From: an uncultured Thermoplasmata archaeon
GTDB taxonomy: Archaea > Thermoplasmatota > Thermoplasmata > UBA10834
NCBI GenBank assembly: GCA_963719945.1
Contig: CAVRDX010000001.1
Location: forward strand, 640,001 to 704,000
Direction of reading: 5' to 3'
Length of the DNA stretch: 64,000 nt
Shown here: piece by piece, positions 58,613-64,000 of the stretch
Layout: each line of letters opens with the position of its first letter
Position numbering within the stretch: the first letter of the stretch is position 1
Program-made: the position numbers and the translations under genes
The notes under the pieces: generated by a model
What the model was told of the DNA's origin: nothing
Databases searched by the model: none
The model's input: only the letters and a program-made list of their open reading frames with translations

Positions 58613-59386
58613 ATGAAGATGAAGTGTTCAGTGACTGTCCTTTGCAGCGGTAGCAGCGGCAACTCCATCCATTTCCGCCTCGGGGATACTTCAGTCCTTA
58701 TCGATGCAGGGATCTCATGCAGGATGATCGAGAAGCGAATGAGCGATTTCGGCCTGGATCCGGAGTCGGTCAAGGCGGTTTTCCTCACTCACGAGCACAC
58801 GGACCACACAAGAGGCGCGAAGAGGTTCTGCTCCAAGTTCGGGATGCCACTGTACGCAACAGAAGGCACTCTATCGCTCACTCCCCTGGATGGCATCAAG
58901 AAGACCGCAATCAAGTCATCAGATGTCGTCAGAATCGATGGCGTCACAATGAAGTCCTTTCCCATCAAACACTTCGCAGCGGAACCTGTCGCGTTCTCAT
59001 TGACCGCAGAGAAGGTGAAGTTGGGGATGGCATCTGATCTCGGTTGCGTGACCAAGCAGGTAATCGATGAGCTGAGGTCATCCAACCTGTTGCTCATCGA
59101 AGCGAATTACGACGACGACATGCTCATGTCCGGAACCTATCCAGATTTTCTCAAGAAGACGATAAGGAGCGACCATGGCCACCTATCGAATGACGATGCA
59201 GCGGCTCTGTGCGCGGCAGCCGCCAGGGAATGCACAAAGAGGGTAGTCCTGCTTCACCTTAGCAGGGAAAACAATACGCCTATCATGGCGGGGGAGACCG
59301 TCAGCAGAAGGCTGCAAAACGACGGTGTCAAAGTGCGGCTCGATGTGACGGAGCATGGCTCTTCAAAAGGCCCTATTGGCCTATGA
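58613..59386 (+). CDS. MBL-fold metallo-hydrolase (YycJ/WalJ-like)
   Basis: L-SGSSGNS, IDAG, THEHTDH, SDLG, IEANYD, GHLSN, LHLS-ENN. Confidence 0.9.
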   Translation: MKMKCSVTVLCSGSSGNSIHFRLGDTSVLIDAGISCRMIEKRMSDFGLDPESVKAVFLTHEHTDHTRGAKRFCSKFGMPLYATEGTLSLTPLDGIKKTAIKSSDVVRIDGVTMKSFPIKHFAAEPVAFSLTAEKVKLGMASDLGCVTKQVIDELRSSNLLLIEANYDDDMLMSGTYPDFLKKTIRSDHGHLSNDDAAALCAAAARECTKRVVLLHLSRENNTPIMAGETVSRRLQNDGVKVRLDVTEHGSSKGPIGL

Positions 59387-60037
59387 TTGGCCAACCAACT
59401 GGATTTTGCCGTGTGAAAGAAGAGTCGTTGCGACGGTCCTCGGCAAGGATACTATATCCTCCTTCCGGAGCCTGTAATCCTTGTCGACGCCCGCGAAAGT
59501 CGGCACGTCCTCGAGCACCCTCGCGAGGATAAGGTCGTCCTGTGTCTCAGGACTAGCAGCTTCCTCATGTTTCTCAGACTTATCTCTCTTGGCAACCGAA
59601 GGCACTTCGACCATTTCGTCGGACCTGGATGTCCTGGGGCCAAGAGTCTCGTAATCCGCATTCGAGTCCCTATGAGCACCGAGAACAGAAGTCAGGCTAG
59701 AGAACAAGACCAGCTCGTCCGGAGTCATGTTGGTCGTGTCGGGGCTGTCGCCAGCGACCTTCCTCAGCGCGATCAACGAAATCTTCCTCGTCCTCAATTC
59801 GTAGACGCGCTTCGACTTGTCAATCGCTTTCTTTAGCTGGTCGCTCAGCATCATGCTCGCATGAGAGCCCGAGTTCATGGCGATCTCTCGTTCCCCCTCC
59901 TTGCGGAGCGTGCGGATGTAGGCTGAAACCCTATCGTAGAGCGCTGGGTCCACTTTGGTCAGTTGAGGGGAGCGGTTCTCCTGCCTGAAAAGGGTCATTA
60001 TGTCCTCGTAGCTGAAGTCCCCCCGCTGTTCTGCCAT
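59381..60037 (-). CDS. GINS complex subunit (Gins51/Gins15-like)
   Basis: E-----L--V---LY, YELR--KI, NMTPDE, and C-terminal B-domain RVLEDVP-FAGVD--Y-L-KEDIVSLP---A--L---G. Confidence 0.8.
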   Translation of the reverse strand: MAEQRGDFSYEDIMTLFRQENRSPQLTKVDPALYDRVSAYIRTLRKEGEREIAMNSGSHASMMLSDQLKKAIDKSKRVYELRTRKISLIALRKVAGDSPDTTNMTPDELVLFSSLTSVLGAHRDSNADYETLGPRTSRSDEMVEVPSVAKRDKSEKHEEAASPETQDDLILARVLEDVPTFAGVDKDYRLRKEDIVSLPRTVATTLLSHGKIQLVGQS

Positions 60038-60129
60038 CAAGCGAAGCATACAACATCGGTGTATTTGATGCTTTTTAAGAGAGGTATAGCAGAGGAATCA
60101 ATATTACTCCTGCAGCATATGCCAGAGCG

Positions 60130-60435
60130 ATGCCGAGAGCGAGGGATGGCTATACTCAACCGACCACGGGAGGATGCCTCATCTGGATAGATGCATCCCC
60201 TGGCGCTTCAAAGACGGAGGCCGCTGGAGTCAACGCATGGCGCAAAGCACTCCAGATAAGGATAGCCGCTCAGCCGAGGGAAGGGGAGGCAAACGAGGAG
60301 TTGGTCAGATTCATCTCCGAAGCCCTCTCCATACCCAGGAAGGGCATTGAGATCATCAGTGGGCACCGGTCGTCATCCAAAGTACTCATGGTGCACGTCA
60401 CCGAGGAAAAGGTCGTGGAAGTATTCGGGGAGTGA
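60130..60435 (+). CDS. DUF167/UPF0235 (YggU-like) protein
   Basis: PGASK, L-IRI-A-P-EG-AN-EL--F, I-IISG--S--K. Confidence 0.88.
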   Translation: MPRARDGYTQPTTGGCLIWIDASPGASKTEAAGVNAWRKALQIRIAAQPREGEANEELVRFISEALSIPRKGIEIISGHRSSSKVLMVHVTEEKVVEVFGE

Positions 60436-60442
60436 CCACACG

Positions 60443-60847
60443 ATAACGGCCCAGGAGCGTCTTGAGAAGATACTTGATCTTGTCGCCGAGCTGGAGGACG
60501 AGAGTGCGACAAAACCCATAATCGTCGAAGGACGGAAGGATGTTGAAGCACTGAAGAAGATGGGCGTCAAGAACAACGTAATCTCACTGAGCAAAGGTCA
60601 CTCTATCATAAGATTCTGCGAGGATGTATCGCGCCGGTTCAAATCGGTCATTGTGCTTACCGACTGGGACAGGAAAGGCGGAAAATTGGCACGAATGCTC
60701 AAAGATGCTTTTGAGACGAACGACGTAAAAGTGGACCTAGACCTCAGGGCCAAACTGGTCATCCTGTCGAAGAAGGAGATCAAGGATATCGAAGGATTGC
60801 CAGCATTCGTTGAACGGCTCCGGAGAATGACTGAGAAGCCACGATAG
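60443..60847 (+). CDS. Small Toprim-domain protein (UPF0292-like); probable ATA start
   Basis: IIVEGRKDVEAL, VIVLTDWDRKG, KDIEGL. A strong SD (GGGGAGTGA) lies 7 nt before an in-frame ATA. Confidence 0.85.
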   Translation: MTAQERLEKILDLVAELEDESATKPIIVEGRKDVEALKKMGVKNNVISLSKGHSIIRFCEDVSRRFKSVIVLTDWDRKGGKLARMLKDAFETNDVKVDLDLRAKLVILSKKEIKDIEGLPAFVERLRRMTEKPR

Positions 60848-60944
60848 CGCATTCTGTTACTCGCTCTTGATTCGCACTTCAAGGATTACGGCAATCCATA
60901 GAAATCGTTATGATATAACGCCGCGATTGGACAGCGGTGGTTTG

Positions 60945-61163
60945 ATGACACGCAGATGGACACTGGTAGCTCAAAGAATCGAGACGCAGGATCCCGTCAG
61001 GTCATCTGAGGTCGCCAGGCGGTCGTCTGGGTTGAGATACTGGCTGCTCGTTCCGTTTGCGGGACTCGTGTTCTACCTCGCGCTTTTCTGGAGCATCATC
61101 ATCGGACTATCGTTCCTGTCACCTCTGATAAGACCGTTCAGGCGAAGAAAGAATCATCTTTGA
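60945..61163 (+). CDS. Small putative membrane protein
   Basis: Long hydrophobic stretch followed by a basic tail (RRRK); GGTGG SD-like sequence upstream. Confidence 0.45.
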   Translation: MTRRWTLVAQRIETQDPVRSSEVARRSSGLRYWLLVPFAGLVFYLALFWSIIIGLSFLSPLIRPFRRRKNHL

Positions 61164-61251
61164 GCAGATGATAACCGCTGATGATGGCCTGCATTTTCAA
61201 CAACTAGTGTTGCGCCAAAAAGGATTTAGAGTAGCATTCCGATGAAACGGC

Positions 61252-62583
61252 ATGGAGCATTCGAAGTGTTCTCTGGAGATGCTTCAAGAGCTTGGCCTGA
61301 GATCAGTTGATGAACTCTTCGCGGATATCCCGAAGGACGTAAGGTCTGGGGGCTTGAGGCTCCCAGAAGGCATGTCCGAACTTGATCTCAAGAGGAGTCT
61401 TGAGACGATGCTCTCATCTAATAGGCATGCGGAGTCCATGCTTAATTTCCTTGGAGCGGGCATCTATCATCATTACATACCATCGGCCGTGAAGATGATA
61501 GTTGGCAGATCCGAGTTCATCACGTCATACACACCATATCAACCCGAGATCAGCCAAGGCATGCTCCAGGCGCTTTTCGAATATCAATCATATATCGCAG
61601 AGCTCACCGGGATGGATGTCGTAAACTCCAGCATGTACGATGCATCCACCGCTCTCGGCGAGGCAGTCCTCATGAGCACTCGAATATCTGGTGGAGACAC
61701 TTTCCTGCTCAGCAGAGCGATAAGCCCCGAGAGAAGGAGTGTGGCCGAACTCTACGCGAAGGGGGCGGACATCAGATTGGTGGATGTCGATTTTGACCGA
61801 TCGAACGGATCCGTGGACCTCAACGATCTGACTTCTAAATTGAAAGATGGAGTATCTGGATTCTACTTCGAGACACCGAACTTCTTCGGCGTAGTCGAAT
61901 CTCAGGCCAAAGAGATCAAGGGATTGCTCGGCAAGAAAACCATGGTCGTTGGAGTGAACCCGATGTCACTGGCTATACTCCGATCCCCCGGAGACATGGG
62001 CGCAGACATCGTCATCGGAGACGCCCAGGTATTCGGGACCCCGATGAGCTTCGGCGGACCGACCATAGGATTGTTCGGATGCAGGCCAGAGCATGTCAGG
62101 AAGATGCCTGGCAGGATAATCGGGATGACCACGGATATCGAAGGGCGAGCGGCATATTGCATGACCCTCCAGACGAGGGAACAGCATATACGCAGGAGCA
62201 AGGCGACATCGAACATATGCACGAACGAGGCTCTGCTCGCAGTTGCCGCCGCGACTTATCTGTCGGTGCTTGGCAGAACCGGTCTGCGAGAAGTCGCTGC
62301 CACAAATGTCAGGAATATGCGATCGCTGTCATCCCGAATCGATTCCCTTTCGGGATTCGAAGCACCTCTATTCAAAGGGACCCACTTCAATGAATTCATC
62401 GTCAGGTCCGAGAAGGATCCATTCAAGATACATAAGACACTCCTCGCCCAAGGGATACACGGAGGACTTGTCCTTTCGGACATGTTCCCAGAGCTCGGCA
62501 ACTCCACCCTCGTGGCAACCACGGAGATGCATACCAAGGAAGACCATGACCGATTGCTGGGCGCGCTGGAGGGGATGAGATGA
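61252..62583 (+). CDS. gcvPA: Glycine dehydrogenase (decarboxylating) subunit 1
   Basis: FLGAGIYHHYIP, EF-TSYTPYQPEISQG-LQALFEYQ, NSSMYD, LQTREQHIRR-KATSNICTN. Confidence 0.96.
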   Translation: MEHSKCSLEMLQELGLRSVDELFADIPKDVRSGGLRLPEGMSELDLKRSLETMLSSNRHAESMLNFLGAGIYHHYIPSAVKMIVGRSEFITSYTPYQPEISQGMLQALFEYQSYIAELTGMDVVNSSMYDASTALGEAVLMSTRISGGDTFLLSRAISPERRSVAELYAKGADIRLVDVDFDRSNGSVDLNDLTSKLKDGVSGFYFETPNFFGVVESQAKEIKGLLGKKTMVVGVNPMSLAILRSPGDMGADIVIGDAQVFGTPMSFGGPTIGLFGCRPEHVRKMPGRIIGMTTDIEGRAAYCMTLQTREQHIRRSKATSNICTNEALLAVAAATYLSVLGRTGLREVAATNVRNMRSLSSRIDSLSGFEAPLFKGTHFNEFIVRSEKDPFKIHKTLLAQGIHGGLVLSDMFPELGNSTLVATTEMHTKEDHDRLLGALEGMR

Positions 62584-64000
62584 GGTACCACCAGGCAGAC
62601 TACAATGTGCCCCTGCTGTTCGAATCCTGCGACGAGCAGAAAGTAGACGACAGGTTCGACCCAACCATCGGCGGCGCCATACCAAAGGAGCTTTTGAGGT
62701 CAGACCTCAACATACCAGACCTGCCAGAGAGAGATGTCGTGAAGCATTTCATCAATCTCTCGCAGATGAACTTCGGCGTAGACAACGGACTCTATCCGCT
62801 CGGATCGTGCACGATGAAATACAACCCGAAGATCTGCGATGAGGTCGTGTCGTGGCCATCCGTCGCAAGCATACATCCTCATCAAGACCCTTCGACCGTT
62901 CAAGGCGCTCTGAGACTCATGCACGAGCTGGAGGGCATGCTGTGCGAGGTAGGAGGGGTAGATGCGGTGACGCTCCAACCGGCCGCAGGGGCCCAGGGAG
63001 AATACACTGGCATCCATATCGTCCGGGCATATCACGAAGCGAGAGGAGAGAAGAGGAACGAGGTCATACTCCCAGATACCGCCCATGGAACGAACCCTGC
63101 AAGCGCCGCGATGGTCGGCTACGATGTCCTGGAGATACCGTCGAAGAACGGTTGTGTGGACATCGAGGCACTCAAGGCATCAATATCATCGGATACTGCG
63201 GCATTCATGTTGACGAACCCGAACACCCTCGGAATATTCGAGAAGGATGTGAAGGAGATCGCAGGTACATTGCACGATGCCGGCGCGCTGCTATACTACG
63301 ATGGCGCGAACCTGAACGCCATCATGGGGAAGACATCGCCTGGACATATGGACTTCGACATAGTCCATTTCAACCTTCACAAGACCTTCGCGACCCCTCA
63401 CGGTGGCGGCGGTCCAGGAGCGGGACCTGTCGGCGTGAAGAAGCATCTCGAGGAATTCCTGCCAGTCCCGAGGATAATCGAGAAGGACGGCAAGTATCAC
63501 CTCGACTATGATAGACCCAAGAGCATAGGCAAGGTCAAGGCATACTTCGGGAACTTCGGCGTGCTGGTCAGGGCCTATGCGTACATGAAGATGCAGGGTG
63601 GACCAGGTCTGGAGGCGGCCTCCGAGAACGCCGTGCTCAACTCGAATTACCTCAAGGAGAAGCTCAAGGACGATTTCGAACTGCCCTACGGCGGCCTCAG
63701 AAAGCACGAGTTCGTGCTGAGCGGCAAGCCATTGAAATCAAAGGGTGTCAGGACACTCGATTTCGCGAAGCGTCTTCTCGATTACGGATTCCACGCGCCC
63801 ACGATATACTTCCCGATAATCGTGGACGAGGCCATCATGATCGAACCGACCGAGACGGAATCGAAGGAAACCCTCGACAGGTTCGTGGATGTCTGCAAGC
63901 AGATCCTTAAGGAAGATCCTGAGATTCTGAAGACGGCACCTCATAACACCTCCAGACGGAGGATGGACGAAGCCAAAGCCGCAAGGGACATGATATTCAG
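62580..64000 (+). CDS. gcvPB: Glycine dehydrogenase subunit 2 (runs off the window end; absent from the ORF track)
   Basis: ATG overlaps the gcvPA stop. Manual translation: MRYHQADYNVPLLFE..., YPLGSCTMKYNPK, LQPAAGAQGE, AHGTNPASA, YYDGANLNA, NLHKTFATPHGGGGPG, IEPTETE. Confidence 0.95.
   Translation, partial: MRYHQADYNVPLLFESCDEQKVDDRFDPTIGGAIPKELLRSDLNIPDLPERDVVKHFINLSQMNFGVDNGLYPLGSCTMKYNPKICDEVVSWPSVASIHPHQDPSTVQGALRLMHELEGMLCEVGGVDAVTLQPAAGAQGEYTGIHIVRAYHEARGEKRNEVILPDTAHGTNPASAAMVGYDVLEIPSKNGCVDIEALKASISSDTAAFMLTNPNTLGIFEKDVKEIAGTLHDAGALLYYDGANLNAIMGKTSPGHMDFDIVHFNLHKTFATPHGGGGPGAGPVGVKKHLEEFLPVPRIIEKDGKYHLDYDRPKSIGKVKAYFGNFGVLVRAYAYMKMQGGPGLEAASENAVLNSNYLKEKLKDDFELPYGGLRKHEFVLSGKPLKSKGVRTLDFAKRLLDYGFHAPTIYFPIIVDEAIMIEPTETESKETLDRFVDVCKQILKEDPEILKTAPHNTSRRRMDEAKAARDMIF

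Noticed and set aside
1-64000. CRISPR arrays, rRNA, transposases/integrases, and in-frame TAG/TGA read-through (Pyl/Sec) genes
   Set aside because: None seen by eye. The stops in the MttB-like remnant come with frameshifts, indicating decay rather than pyrrolysine recoding.

Overview
Mostly core-genome, gene-dense archaeal DNA, most likely from Thermoplasmatota (inferred from egsA, LonB, Hel308, Cgi121, GINS, GPN GTPase, SepF, the HMG-CoA synthase/thiolase/DUF35 operon, several KaiC-like ATPases, giant TPR proteins and PEF-CTERM-anchored proteases). The content fits a peptide/amino-acid fermenter: secreted M14 and C1A peptidases, hutH plus split FTCD, tdh-kbl, and gcvPA/PB. There are three tRNAs: Pro-CGG, and Gly-TCC and Lys-CTT, each with a 37/38 intron. 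The class II ribonucleotide reductase carries a 267-aa intein. I saw no rRNA, CRISPR array or intact transposase/integrase. Main observations: (1) the thiolase in the mevalonate operon has all three catalytic fingerprints substituted; (2) a ~1500-aa rod of ~63-aa helical repeats ends in an Ig-like domain plus a C4HC3 RING/PHD-like finger, and a 1480-aa TPR protein ends in a B-box-like finger; (3) two unrelated genes are split by a +1 frameshift at the same 10-mer, AGAACTGTCG; (4) a decayed MttB-like fragment, missed by the ORF track, lies next to tRNA-Lys; (5) a sensor-less pseudo-histidine kinase sits in a small phosphorelay cluster; (6) a hairpin-rich islet with two small orphan ORFs follows tRNA-Gly. 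All family calls come from recognising motifs by eye; no database search was run.
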